A stretch of 64,000 bases of DNA from an uncultured Acidobacteriota bacterium (GCA_963833995.1 CAWIAE010000016.1:269069-333068); one strand, 5' to 3'. Shown: positions 1 to 10,048, counted from the first letter of the stretch. Program-made: numbers and translations. Notes: generated by a model from the sequence alone, not told the origin.

Positions 1-2
1 TT

Positions 3-26
3 CAGATTGGTTATACAATCAATCTG
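3..26. promoter_or_regulatory. Palindrome resembling a GntR/FadR-family operator
   Basis: CAGATTG-GTTATACAAT-CAATCTG; the TTGGT..ACAA core resembles FadR-subfamily boxes. The target gene probably lies left of the window. Confidence 0.3.
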
Positions 27-849
27 GGCAAGATTTCGATAGGCATAACCCGCGACGAGCCTTCACAAGATCGATGCCAAAGGCTCAAAAGAAGAAATAT
101 GGGTTGCCGTCTGTCACCGCGCAAACCGATGGCGGTGAATAGTGCGCTTAAGGTGTGCTCTGTGGACGCCTAAATCACATTCAGTTGCCTGGAATTTGAG
201 CCTCTCTATTCCAGGCGACTGTTAAGCCCACAACCTAACGACTGGAAATTCAATGACTGGAGTTGTTATGGGCCCAGTAAGGAACAAACCTCAATATCAT
301 TTAACTACCGGCCATGGCGAAGGTCAGCATCCAAACCGGCAACCTCGCCGGCCTGTAAAGGCGGATTTCTCCGCCCTCCAACCCCAAGGGACAGTTGCGA
401 AACTAACATTTGCCGAAGACTTTCTGCTGGAGCATTCAGACTCGGGAAAGCATTTTACGAGGATCGGAATTTCGGGACCTCCTGTACTTTCGTCCAATGA
501 ACGATCTGAGTCATGCCAACAATTCGGGTTCCCTTCCTGATGCAGACAGCTGCTTGGAAGCTGTATTTCTCCTAGATTTGCCTCGAAACCTATTGCAATA
601 AGGGTGCTGCAACAAAGGTCGTCCACGGAAATGGACTGTGGATGACCTTGTGCGGCTCCTCTCATAGGATTGCGAGAGGCCCGCCACATCGTTCGTCGAG
701 ATGGACGGAGCGGGCTGGTGCCATTGACGGTTTGGATCTGAAATCGAAAAAGACCAGGACTGGCAACGCACTGTGCAAGAGATCCTCAAGCGATAGAACG
801 GCGCTTTTCAGCGTCCGGTGGTCTGGCGGAAGACAGGAGGAGTAGGCAT

Positions 850-1095
850 ATGGGTTGCCCAATCTGCAGAGAACTGCAACGAGCGTATGAGAACAGACTC
901 AGCGAATATCTGGCGGCTCGCAGTTCGGTGGTTTATGGAATGAGCAAAAAACTCGCCGCCCAGAAGAACGTTGAAATGGAGCGCGCCCGATATGAAATGG
1001 AAGAGCACCAGGTTGTGTGTGTCCTGGGCATGAGGCCTGCCGCGCGTTTGCCCATGGCGGAAACTCCGGAGGGCCTTTCAAAACTGGTGGCCTGA
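850..1095 (+). CDS. Small hypothetical protein (81 aa, N-terminal CPIC, helical)
   Basis: Strong RBS (AGGAGGAG) before the ATG; CxxC followed by a coiled-coil-like segment. Confidence 0.6.
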   Translation: MGCPICRELQRAYENRLSEYLAARSSVVYGMSKKLAAQKNVEMERARYEMEEHQVVCVLGMRPAARLPMAETPEGLSKLVA

Positions 1096-1150
1096 AGGCG
1101 CCTGCTCCCTTCTTTCCGCACCGTTCAATTGAGATGACATTCACCCCCTC

Positions 1151-1215
1151 GCCCTCGCGGGGCTTGTTGGGGGGAAGAGTTGTCGCTCTTCCCAGGACTT
1201 CGACCCGGCCTAACC
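1151..1215. repeat. Degenerate REP-like element (CCCAGGACTTCG family)
   Basis: ctcttcccaggacttcgacccggcctaa resembles ctctcccagaacttcgtccccgggctat at ~4267-4294; both are preceded by gagttg. Confidence 0.4.
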
Positions 1216-1229
1216 TCGCGTGCTCCTTT

Positions 1230-1270
1230 CCGGTAACTCTACCTCCGGCTGCCGGAGGTAGAGTTACCGG
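1230..1270. repeat. Perfect inverted repeat, 20-bp arms with a 1-nt centre
   Basis: ccggtaactctacctccggc-t-gccggaggtagagttaccgg. Confidence 0.9.
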
Positions 1271-1398
1271 CTTGCATATGGGGTAAGGTCAGGTTGGCAA
1301 GAAGGCGAATCGGGGCTAGCCAGGCTGCCTCCATTTGCGTTTGACCTGCCGGGGCTGCAATCATCGCTGCGAAGATTACTCCTGATGAGGCACCCTGC

Positions 1399-2322
1399 AT
1401 GAACAGAAATGCATTTCTCCTTTGCTTGCTCGCTGCAACATCGGCCACCCTTTTGGCTCAGAAGGCTGCGTGGCAGCCCGCGCCTGGCCATCTTACTTTG
1501 CCGCTGTGGCCCGGTATGGCGCCGGGAGCGCCGGCCAATCCGCCGCCCGAGGTGGATACCACCACAGCGAAAGACCCTTTGATCGCCGGGAGGCCCATCG
1601 TTCGCCTGGGCAACGTGTCCACGCCGACCCTTACCTTGTACGCCCCGAAGGGGGAAAACAGTGGTGCTGCCGTGGTCGTTTTTCCGGGCGGAGGGTATCA
1701 GATTCTGGCCATCGATCTGGAAGGGACGGAGGTATGCGACTGGCTGAATACGATCGGCGTGAATTGCGTACTGGTCAAATACCGCGTGCCGAATACAGGG
1801 CCATATCCCAAATCTCCTGCAGCCCTGCAGGATGCACAGCGGGCCCTGGGAATGGTGCGCAAACACGCGGCGGAGTGGCACATTGATCCCAATCGCGTCG
1901 GCGTGCTGGGCTTTTCAGCCGGAGCGCACCTGGCCGCGGCTCTCAGTACTCACTATGAGAAGCGCCTCTACGATGCGGTCGATGAGGCCGACAAGCTGGA
2001 TTGCCGGCCGGACTTCGCGGTGATCGTCTATCCCGGCTACCTGGCATTAGCGGATCAGAATTTTGCGCCCAACCCCGATATTCATCCCACGGCCGATACG
2101 CCGACCTCGTTTATTGTGCAGGCGGAGGATGATCCTGTGCATGTGGAGAATGCCATTGTCTACTTCATGGCGCTCAAGAACGCCAAAGTTCCAGCCGAGT
2201 TGCACGTTTACGCGCAGGGCGGGCACGGCTATGGGTTGCGCCGCACCGCGCTGCCCGTGACCACCTGGCCGCAGCGGGTGGATGACTGGCTGCATACTAT
2301 CAAGGTGCTGCCGGCCCAATAG
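1399..2322 (+). CDS. Secreted alpha/beta hydrolase (acetyl esterase/BD-FAE-like)
   Basis: Signal peptide, FPGGGY oxyanion motif, GFSAG nucleophile, DD and GGHGYG catalytic motifs. Confidence 0.85.
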   Translation: MNRNAFLLCLLAATSATLLAQKAAWQPAPGHLTLPLWPGMAPGAPANPPPEVDTTTAKDPLIAGRPIVRLGNVSTPTLTLYAPKGENSGAAVVVFPGGGYQILAIDLEGTEVCDWLNTIGVNCVLVKYRVPNTGPYPKSPAALQDAQRALGMVRKHAAEWHIDPNRVGVLGFSAGAHLAAALSTHYEKRLYDAVDEADKLDCRPDFAVIVYPGYLALADQNFAPNPDIHPTADTPTSFIVQAEDDPVHVENAIVYFMALKNAKVPAELHVYAQGGHGYGLRRTALPVTTWPQRVDDWLHTIKVLPAQ

Positions 2323-2388
2323 AGCGGTTGTACGGTTTACGGGCCCCGGTCAGAGCCATTGTGCTCTGTTGGAGCTACAATCAACCCC

Positions 2389-2868
2389 ATGGTTTTCGCT
2401 GTTCTTACTGTCTCTGACCGCTGCACTCAGGGTGTGGCAACCGACACTGCCGGGCCGGCGGTGGTGGGTCTGCTGCAGCAAGATTGGCCTGAGGCAGAGA
2501 TCCAGACAGCGCTCGTTCCCGACGACGAGGAGATGATCGTGGCCCATCTCGAACAGTGGAGCAATCAAGGCGCTGCGCTGGTGCTGACCGTGGGCGGCAG
2601 TGGCCTGGGACCGCGCGATCGAACTCCGGAGGCAACGCGGCGTGTGATTGAGCGGGAAGCGCCCGGCCTGGCGGAAGCCATGCGCGCCAAGGGAGCTGAG
2701 CACAATATCTTTGCGTGGCTCTCGCGGGGTGTCGCCGGCCTTAGAGGCAACACGCTGATTGTGAATCTTCCGGGCAGCCGCCGCGGGGCGGAAGAGAGCA
2801 TCACCCACATTGTCGTCCTGGTGAGGCATGCGCTGGAAGTGGCGGCGGGCGGGCAGACGCACCCCTGA
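2389..2868 (+). CDS. mog: Molybdopterin adenylyltransferase, MogA/MoaB family
   Basis: LTVSD, GGSGLGPRDRTPEA, SRGVAG, NLPGS motifs. Confidence 0.85.
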   Translation: MVFAVLTVSDRCTQGVATDTAGPAVVGLLQQDWPEAEIQTALVPDDEEMIVAHLEQWSNQGAALVLTVGGSGLGPRDRTPEATRRVIEREAPGLAEAMRAKGAEHNIFAWLSRGVAGLRGNTLIVNLPGSRRGAEESITHIVVLVRHALEVAAGGQTHP

Positions 2869-2903
2869 ATCGAATTACTTCGGCATTTTTTGTTGCCTTT
2901 TCC

Positions 2904-2918
2904 AGGAAACGCTTTCCA
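2904..2918. promoter_or_regulatory. LacI-family operator-like site
   Basis: GGAAACGCTTTCCA palindrome with a CG core, upstream of the LacI gene. Confidence 0.55.
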
Positions 2919-3038
2919 AAAATGCTGCTGTTCATCGTTCCGCGCAGCGCTCCGCCCGTGCTAAGCCTTCCAAACCATAGGAAATAATGAATAACTTCAA
3001 GTCGAGAAACGCGGGAAAAGCGTAGAATTGCACTACTC

Positions 3039-4133
3039 GTGAGCAGCTCCAGAAACAGTCCGCCAGGCCGCCGGCCAGGTCCCATCAGCATCCGGGATGT
3101 AGCCCAGCGCGCCGGTGTATCCATTGCGACGGTCTCGCGGGCGGTGAACCATATCCCGACGGTGAATGCCGAGTTGGCCCGGCGGGTGTGGAAAGCCATT
3201 GAAGAAATAGGCTACTTGCCTAACACGCAGGCGCGTGCGCTGGTCTCAGGGCGCAGTCGCATGCTGGGGTTGATCGTTTCGGAAATTACCAATCCGTTTT
3301 TCCCCGAACTGGTGCAGGAGTTTGAGAACCTGGCGGTGGCGCAGGGATATGAAGTCCTGATCGGTTCTACCAACTACGAACCGGCCCGGACGGAGTCGCT
3401 GATCCGCCGCATGTTGCAGCGCAGTGTGGACGGCGTGGCAGTGATGACCTTCGGCATTGAGGAAGACCTGGTTCAAAAGCTGGTTGAGCGCGAGTTCCCA
3501 CTGGTGTTTGTGGATGCCGGACCCGATCTGCCCAACATTCATATCATCAAGGTCGATTATGGGGAAGGAATTCGCCAGGGAGTGCAGCATCTGGCTGCGC
3601 TGGGGCATCGCCACATTGTGTTTATCAGCGGCCCTCTTCGGTTGCGCTCCGCGGTGGCGCGGCGCGATGCTTTCCTGAAGTCCATGGCGGAGCTTGGCCT
3701 CACCGTTCCAGAGGGACACATAATCGAGGGCGAGCACACCATGGAAGGCGGCATCACGGCGACCGAAGAGATTTTGTCGCACGATCCGTTGCCCACGGCC
3801 ATCATGTGCTCCAACGATATGACCGCTATCGGGGTCCTCCACGCGCTTTATCGCACATCACATAAAGTTCCCGCGGATATCTCCCTGGTGGGCTTTGACG
3901 ACATTCACCTGGCCCAGTTCATGTTGCCGCCGCTCACCACAATCCAGATGTCGTGCAGAGATCTTGCGGCCGCGGCCGTCGAGGGACTCCGCGCGGGGAT
4001 TGAAGCGGATTACACGAAGTCCCGCAAGAAGGAGTGGCAGATTCCCACGCGGCTGGTGGTGCGCCAAACCTCGTCGTTCCCGCGGGGCAGCCTGCCAGCC
4101 CGGGTGAAGAGCGCCGCAAATTTGCGCGGCTGA
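3039..4133 (+). CDS. LacI-family transcriptional regulator
   Basis: IRDVAQRAGVSIATVSR HTH, YLPN..ARAL hinge, GFDDI...PPLTTI. Confidence 0.95.
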   Translation: MSSSRNSPPGRRPGPISIRDVAQRAGVSIATVSRAVNHIPTVNAELARRVWKAIEEIGYLPNTQARALVSGRSRMLGLIVSEITNPFFPELVQEFENLAVAQGYEVLIGSTNYEPARTESLIRRMLQRSVDGVAVMTFGIEEDLVQKLVEREFPLVFVDAGPDLPNIHIIKVDYGEGIRQGVQHLAALGHRHIVFISGPLRLRSAVARRDAFLKSMAELGLTVPEGHIIEGEHTMEGGITATEEILSHDPLPTAIMCSNDMTAIGVLHALYRTSHKVPADISLVGFDDIHLAQFMLPPLTTIQMSCRDLAAAAVEGLRAGIEADYTKSRKKEWQIPTRLVVRQTSSFPRGSLPARVKSAANLRG

Positions 4134-4231
4134 GCCGGTAAGGGAGTTTGGCACGGATGAAGGCTCATGCTCCCAGCAAATTGATTTTCCGCAGCTTGCG
4201 CGGCTTACGCCTAAATCAGATGACAATCATT

Positions 4232-4320
4232 CCGTGACCCGTACGGGGTGCCGAATAGAGTTGGCGCTCTCCCAGAACTTCGTCCCCGGGCTATTTTCCT
4301 AGGCCCCCTTCCGAGAGCTT
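4232..4320. repeat. Degenerate REP-like element (same family as 1151-1215)
   Basis: cccgtacggg ... cccagaacttcgtccccgggcta. Confidence 0.35.
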
Positions 4321-4385
4321 TGTAACTCTCAGTGGCCAAATCGTGTCTAATAGTTGCGTCCAGTTTCCCCACGCGAGGTCACCCC

Positions 4386-5360
4386 ATGCTGATCGGCAAA
4401 CCGTCCGGGATTCCTTCCTCGGAGATTACGTCAAAGAAAGACTATTTGAACCGCCGCAGCTTCATGCGCGGCGCAGTGGCTGCGGGCATCGCGGCGCTGG
4501 GCGGCGAGCAACTGGCCAACCTGATCTCGCCCCGCACCCGCGCCCTGGCCGATACCAGGCTGCAAACGGTGAAGAGCCCCCTGACCACCACCGGCGAGCA
4601 GTTGACGAGTTTCGAGGACATCACCCACTACAACAATTTCTACGAGTTCGGAATCAACAAGGACCAGCCCGCAAAGAATGCCGGTGTCCTGCCCACGCGG
4701 CCCTGGAGCGTGCAGGTGGAAGGCCTGGTTAAGCAGAAGAAGACCTTCGACATCGATACCCTGCTGAAGCTGCGGCCGCTGGAAGATCGTGTCTACCGCC
4801 ATCGCTGCGTGGAGGCGTGGAGCATGGTCATTCCCTGGGTGGGCTACTCCCTCTCGGAGTTCATCAACCAGTGCGATCCGCTGCCCAAGGCCAAATACGT
4901 CCAGTTCCTCTCCTACTACGACAGACACGTGGAGAAATGGGCGAGCGAAGACGCCACTATCTTCTGGCCCTACACCGAGGGCCTTCGGATGGACGAGGCC
5001 ATGAACCCCCTGACGCTGCTTACCTTCGGACTCTATGGCGAGACGTTGCCGAACCAGGACGGCGCGCCGGTGCGCATTGTGGTGCCGTGGAAGTACGGTT
5101 TCAAGTCGGCCAAATCCATTGTGACCGTACGCTTTGTGGAAAAGGAGCCGCCAACCACCTGGAACGAACAGGCACCCAACGAATACGGCTTTTATTCCAA
5201 TGTGAACCCCGATGTGGACAATGTGCCCTGGAGCCAGAAGACAGAGCGCCGCATCGGATTGCCTTTCTACGAGCAGCGCCGCAACACGCTCCTGTTCAAC
5301 GGCTATGGCGAACAGGTTGCGTCCCTGTACAACGGGATGAACTTGAAGAAGTATTACTAA
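4386..5360 (+). CDS. msrP: Protein-methionine-sulfoxide reductase catalytic subunit
   Basis: Tat motif NRRSF; YNNFYEFG, RCVEAWS, PWKYGFKSAKSI, EYGFYSNVNP. Confidence 0.95.
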   Translation: MLIGKPSGIPSSEITSKKDYLNRRSFMRGAVAAGIAALGGEQLANLISPRTRALADTRLQTVKSPLTTTGEQLTSFEDITHYNNFYEFGINKDQPAKNAGVLPTRPWSVQVEGLVKQKKTFDIDTLLKLRPLEDRVYRHRCVEAWSMVIPWVGYSLSEFINQCDPLPKAKYVQFLSYYDRHVEKWASEDATIFWPYTEGLRMDEAMNPLTLLTFGLYGETLPNQDGAPVRIVVPWKYGFKSAKSIVTVRFVEKEPPTTWNEQAPNEYGFYSNVNPDVDNVPWSQKTERRIGLPFYEQRRNTLLFNGYGEQVASLYNGMNLKKYY

Positions 5361-5416
5361 TTGCAGGGAAACAGAGAAACAGGGATCGGCTGCTGCATCA
5401 AATCCCGAAAGCGAAT

Positions 5417-6055
5417 ATGACGCGTTCGACGCTCATTCTTTTGAAGACTTTCACCTGGCTGGCCTGCCTTTCGCCGGTGGCCTGGCTTATATGGGGAGCG
5501 GTGACCAACAACCTGGGGCCCGACCCCACGGCCACCATTACGTTTGCCACGGGACGCACCACGTTGCGCCTGCTGGTGATTTCGCTGGCGATTTCGCCGC
5601 TGAGAAAGCTCGTTCCGCAGCTTGGCTGGCTCATCAAGTTCCGGCGCCTGCTCGGGCTGTTCGCCTTTTTCTACGCCACCCTGCACCTGCTTACGTGGAT
5701 CGCACTTTATACGAGTTTCGATGTGAACGCCATGGTGAACGACATTGCCAAGCGCCACTTCATCACCATGGGCATGGCGGCATGGCTGCTCCTGTTACCG
5801 CTGGCCGCTACTTCTACCAATTGGTCGATTCGCAAACTGGGCGGCAAGAACTGGAATCGCCTCCATATGCTCGTTTATGCCGCCGCGATTTGTGGAGTGA
5901 TCCACTACTGGTGGCAACTGAAGCCCGGAGTGCGCACGCCGTTGGCCATTACCATTGTGCTTGCTGTGCTGCTGCTGGCGAGGCCGGTGCTGGCATTGAC
6001 ACGCCGCCGCAAGGTTGGCACTGCGGCTGTACGGGAAAATGTCTCGACCCCTTAA
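5417..6055 (+). CDS. msrQ: MsrQ heme-binding membrane subunit
   Basis: RRLLGL..FFYA.LH, LAATS, W.RLH.LVY...IHY; directly after msrP. Confidence 0.92.
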   Translation: MTRSTLILLKTFTWLACLSPVAWLIWGAVTNNLGPDPTATITFATGRTTLRLLVISLAISPLRKLVPQLGWLIKFRRLLGLFAFFYATLHLLTWIALYTSFDVNAMVNDIAKRHFITMGMAAWLLLLPLAATSTNWSIRKLGGKNWNRLHMLVYAAAICGVIHYWWQLKPGVRTPLAITIVLAVLLLARPVLALTRRRKVGTAAVRENVSTP

Positions 6056-6693
6056 TCTTCGAGAATTTCGAAGGGCAGAAGGGTTTGCGCTACCGGTTGA
6101 TAGCTCTTGCGGTGCAGGGGGGTTGGGCCCAGGCGCGCCAGAGCGGCCAGGTGCTCGCGCGAACAGTATCCCTTGTGGCTGGCTAGGCCGTAGCCGGGAA
6201 ATTGCGCGTCCAATTCAACCAGCAGACGGTCGCGATGGACCTTGGCGAGTACGCTGGCGGCGGCGATCGAGAAGCTGGTGGCGTCACCCTGCACCACGGC
6301 TTGCTGCGGGCAGTTCCAGTCGATGATGTCGAGGCCGTCGATAAGCAGGTAGTCGGGGCTGAGGGCAAGGTGCTCTACTGCCAGACGCATGGCGAGCAGC
6401 GACGCCCGGCGGATGTTGATGCGGTCGATGGTTTCAGAATCAACTGCCGCAACGGCCCATGCCACGGCATTGGCTCGAATAACGACCGCAAACTCATCGC
6501 GCTTCTTCTCGGAGAGCATCTTTGAGTCGGTCAGGCCTTTGAGCCGGAAGCCGGGTGCGAGGATCACGGCTGCCGCTACGACAGGCCCAAACATGGGGCC
6601 GCGGCCCACTTCGTCGAGCCCGGCGATGCGCAGTGCGCCGAGCTTGCGCGCAGCCTTTTCGAGCTTCCATCCGCAGACCGGGTTTTTTGCCAC
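6052..6693 (-). CDS. rnhB: Ribonuclease HII
   Basis: GLDEVGRGP, DSK, IDG, IAAASVLAKV, HKGY, HRKS; GTG start inferred. Confidence 0.93.
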   Translation of the reverse strand: MAKNPVCGWKLEKAARKLGALRIAGLDEVGRGPMFGPVVAAAVILAPGFRLKGLTDSKMLSEKKRDEFAVVIRANAVAWAVAAVDSETIDRINIRRASLLAMRLAVEHLALSPDYLLIDGLDIIDWNCPQQAVVQGDATSFSIAAASVLAKVHRDRLLVELDAQFPGYGLASHKGYCSREHLAALARLGPTPLHRKSYQPVAQTLLPFEILED

Positions 6694-6843
6694 GACTCCC
6701 AGTATAGAAAAGAGCGCCGGAAACGGAGCGGTGGATATCTCGGACCGAACAATGAGCGCTTTCACGGCGGCCGAATTTGGCTTTCCCACCCTGGCGGAAA
6801 AGCACCGCCAGGAAGCGCGCGAACGCTTTTGCGGGGCATCCGG

Positions 6844-8058
6844 CTATTGCGCACCATTTCTCGCCGGGTCGGCGATCCCTTCCGGAGCCTCGCCGGTCAG
6901 CCACTCAAGATTGAAGCGGGCAAAGGAAATTTTGCCGAAATGATTTTCGACGCCGCCAGAAGTGGTACCGCCTTCATACACCATGCCGACCGTTCCATCC
7001 GGAAGAACGGTCAAACTCGAATACCCGCTTCGCCCCTTCTCAATCATCCGCGACACCGGCCAGGTCTTGCCATCGTCATAGCTAAGCCGCACGGTGGTAT
7101 CCAAACGGTCTTGGAGATTAGCGGGATTGGCAAACAGGAGGAGATCGTGCGAACTCCCGGCATCCTTCCGCGAGTAGCGGATAAGACTCGCCTGGCAGCC
7201 GTCCCAGTCTCCCGGCTCGATCAATGTCTCGTCGGTCCAGGGCTTACCCCAGGTTTCACCTCCGTCGTTGCTCAGTGCAATTGCGCGATGACCGCCTTGG
7301 CGGATATTCAACATGAGAGAGCCGTCTGCCAGTTCGACCACCTGCGTTTCGTTGTAATGGCCGGTGACTTTGCCTCCCGACTTCCAGGTGTTTCCATGGT
7401 CATCGCTGAAAATGACCCCATCGTAAGTGGCAGCGACAAGTCTTCCGCTCTTCGTCTGGATGCCGATGCCCGGGCCAAGTTCCTTGAGCCCGGTGCCGGA
7501 AGAAATGTCGGTGGGAGACGACCATGTCGCACCATCATCGTGACTCTTCATCAGCCAGATATGGGCCGGAACGTCCTTATAGGGCTGCGGATAGTAGTTC
7601 ACGAGAAGGAAGATGGTTCCGTCGCTCCTGTCGATGATCGGCACCGGGTTCATGTAAGCTTCTCCAGCCCGGGAAACGAGAAGCACCTGCATCGGCTGCC
7701 AGGCCATTTTCCCCGCCCGCGCGCGGTGGTGGGCCGGTGGCTCCCCCGTCGTCGCGGAGTTTGATGGGCGGGGGCCGTCGAGACTGCGCTTCAGTACAAG
7801 GTCGGTTGGCGTGCCATCGACATAGCTCTTGATCCGCGCCTCGCAGAAGACCAGGACGGTTCCGTCCGCAGTGGAGATGATGGAAGGAATGCGGTAGGTG
7901 TTGAAACCGTTGTGTCCAGAGACGAAGAGTGGGGCCTTTTCGAATTGAGGTCCAGCAGCGCAACGTGCCCACGGGGCCGCGAAGAGGAGCCCAATCGCAA
8001 TGGTTGCAACTGCGCTCACGCGGCCTCTTGTCACGTTTGAGCTCGAAGAATCGGCCAT
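6844..8058 (-). CDS. Sialidase-family (GH33-like) BNR/Asp-box protein
   Basis: YRIP motif; repeated SxDxGxTW Asp boxes; signal-peptide-like N-terminus. Confidence 0.88.
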   Translation of the reverse strand: MADSSSSNVTRGRVSAVATIAIGLLFAAPWARCAAGPQFEKAPLFVSGHNGFNTYRIPSIISTADGTVLVFCEARIKSYVDGTPTDLVLKRSLDGPRPSNSATTGEPPAHHRARAGKMAWQPMQVLLVSRAGEAYMNPVPIIDRSDGTIFLLVNYYPQPYKDVPAHIWLMKSHDDGATWSSPTDISSGTGLKELGPGIGIQTKSGRLVAATYDGVIFSDDHGNTWKSGGKVTGHYNETQVVELADGSLMLNIRQGGHRAIALSNDGGETWGKPWTDETLIEPGDWDGCQASLIRYSRKDAGSSHDLLLFANPANLQDRLDTTVRLSYDDGKTWPVSRMIEKGRSGYSSLTVLPDGTVGMVYEGGTTSGGVENHFGKISFARFNLEWLTGEAPEGIADPARNGAQ

Positions 8059-8225
8059 CCTGTTCAGAAGTAATTGATCGGGCGACCAAATGCAATGTCG
8101 AGTTGAGTCTAAACACAGACTTACCTTCGGCGAGAGCGGCGATTGGTAAGTCAATGAAAAATACAGCACAAGAATACCCACCACGGGAACGCTGGCCGCG
8201 GTGATATTGGATAGAATCAGTTCCC

Positions 8226-10001
8226 ATGAGGACTGCTTCGATTCACGCGGAATGGGAGGGACGGCTGATCGACGGAAGATTCGCGCTTCTGGAATGGCTG
8301 GGCGGCTCCGAGGATCGTGGCGTTTTTCTCACAGTTCTGCAGGGAATCCGGAAGGCAGCCATCAAGCTGATACCGGCCGAGAGAGCGGAAGCCGACGAAC
8401 TGATCGCTCGATGGGAGAAGGCAAAGACCTTGTCGCATCCCAACCTGGCGGGGGTGCTGGAAACCGGCCGATGCGTGGTTGACGGCACGGAACTGGCGTA
8501 TGTGGTGACCGAGTACGGCCAGCAGGTTCTGTCGCAGATCATTGCGGAGCGAGAGCTGGGCAGCGACGAGGCGAGCGGCGTGCTGGGGTCGGTTCTGGAT
8601 GCGCTTTTGTATCTTCACGAAATGGGATTCGTGCACGGTCATGTGAAGCCCTCGAACATCCTGATTGCCGCCAACCAGGTGAAACTCTCGGCGGATGATC
8701 TGACATTGGCGGGCGATGTTCTGGGCCAGGCGCGGATTCCCGGAGATTATGATGCGCCGGAATTGGTGACCGGCCGGGTGACGCCTGCAGCAGACGCGTG
8801 GTCAGTAGGTATGACAACGGCCGAGGCGCTGACCCAGCGGCTGGTGGTTTGGAACTGGGCCACGAGGGGTGATCCGGCCGTGCCGCAGTCGCTGCCTCAA
8901 CCCTTTGGTGAGATCGTGCGGGAATGCCTTCGGACCGTTCCGACGCAACGGAGTACGATCGGCGAGATCAAAGCCCAACTCGCGGGCGTCCCTCCTGCCT
9001 CGGTGGGTACGGTTCCGGTGCTGGACGTGCCGAGTGACGCCGAGGAAGTTGTGCCCGAGGTCCGGCCGGCCGCGATGGAGCAAGCTGGGGAAGCGCCCGC
9101 TCGCGTGGTGAAGGTTCCGGCCATGCCCGGCCCCACGGAGTCGGAGTTGTCATCGGGGCCGGCCATGTCGAGGTGGAGCCAGGAGGCGGTTGAGCCAGCC
9201 CTGGAAGCAGCCGAGGAAGAGAATCCCGTGGATTTTGACCGGGGCCCAACGTTGTTTGCCGACATTGAAGAGGCGAATCTCACTGGATTTCCGGTGCTGC
9301 CGTTTGTGATTGGGGTGGTGGTTCTGCTGGCGGTCGCGGGAGTGCTGCTGGTGAGAAGCGGTAAAATTCCTTGGCCGTTCTGGACCCAAAGTGCGCCGGC
9401 AGCGAGCCAGGCAGCGCCGCCGACACCGTCGCAGGAGCCATCGCCGGGCGAGGCCGCGCCAGCGCAGCAAGGGCAGGAGTCAACACCGGGGCACGGCCAG
9501 AGTTCGCCGGCAAATGGCGCGTCTGCGCCGCAGCAGCAGCCGAAGGAGTCTTCGCCAGGTGAGGGCGAAAACGCGCCTGCGACCGGGCAAGCTGCGCCGC
9601 AACAACCGCCCCAGGACTCCTCGCCGGAGCAGAATCAGAATGCGACCGGCACGTCCAAACCGCCACCGCCGGCGGCTCGTCCCACGCACCGGGCGAGCGC
9701 CGAGGGCGCTGTTGCGGAGCAGGTTCTGCCGAACGTGCCGCAAAGCGCGCGACAGAGCATTCGCGGCGCGGAGGAGGCGGTAGTTCGGATCTGGGTGAAC
9801 CGGAGCGGCAGGGTTTCGAATGGGGAAAACATCTCGCCCGGTCCGGGCAATTACTTTGCCAGGATCGCGCTTCGAACTGCCAGGACGTGGAAGTTCGACC
9901 CGCCCATTCGTGGCGGCCAACCACAACCGAGCGTCTGGACACTGCGCTTTAATTTCCTGCGGACCAAGACTGTGGTCAGCGCGGTAGAAGGCGAGCGATA
10001 G
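8226..10001 (+). CDS. Ser/Thr kinase-like domain + TM + Pro/Gln linker + TonB C-terminal-like domain
   Basis: AAIK, HPNL, HGHVKPSNI, APE, D.WS.G; TM at ~aa 357-377; C-terminal V..SG.V...NYF...A.TWKFDP. Confidence 0.8.
   Translation: MRTASIHAEWEGRLIDGRFALLEWLGGSEDRGVFLTVLQGIRKAAIKLIPAERAEADELIARWEKAKTLSHPNLAGVLETGRCVVDGTELAYVVTEYGQQVLSQIIAERELGSDEASGVLGSVLDALLYLHEMGFVHGHVKPSNILIAANQVKLSADDLTLAGDVLGQARIPGDYDAPELVTGRVTPAADAWSVGMTTAEALTQRLVVWNWATRGDPAVPQSLPQPFGEIVRECLRTVPTQRSTIGEIKAQLAGVPPASVGTVPVLDVPSDAEEVVPEVRPAAMEQAGEAPARVVKVPAMPGPTESELSSGPAMSRWSQEAVEPALEAAEEENPVDFDRGPTLFADIEEANLTGFPVLPFVIGVVVLLAVAGVLLVRSGKIPWPFWTQSAPAASQAAPPTPSQEPSPGEAAPAQQGQESTPGHGQSSPANGASAPQQQPKESSPGEGENAPATGQAAPQQPPQDSSPEQNQNATGTSKPPPPAARPTHRASAEGAVAEQVLPNVPQSARQSIRGAEEAVVRIWVNRSGRVSNGENISPGPGNYFARIALRTARTWKFDPPIRGGQPQPSVWTLRFNFLRTKTVVSAVEGER
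9474..9645 (+). repeat. ~23-aa degenerate repeats in the periplasmic linker
   Basis: QESTPGHGQSSPANGASAPQQQP / KESSPGEGENAPATGQAAPQQPP / QDSSPEQNQNA. Confidence 0.6.
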
Positions 10002-10048
10002 CAAATCGAGCGGCGAAGTTACCCTGGTCCGGATGGGCCTGGTCGGGT

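Noticed and set aside
253-845. Short overlapping ORFs at the left end
   Set aside because: No recognisable motifs or RBS, and they conflict with one another.
4148-4165. Sigma-54 promoter (TTGGCACG) upstream of msrP
   Set aside because: The GC of the -12 element is one base off the required GG-N10-GC spacing.
4817-5416. N-terminal extension of MsrQ
   Set aside because: It overlaps msrP in another frame; MsrQ similarity starts at the ATG at 5417.
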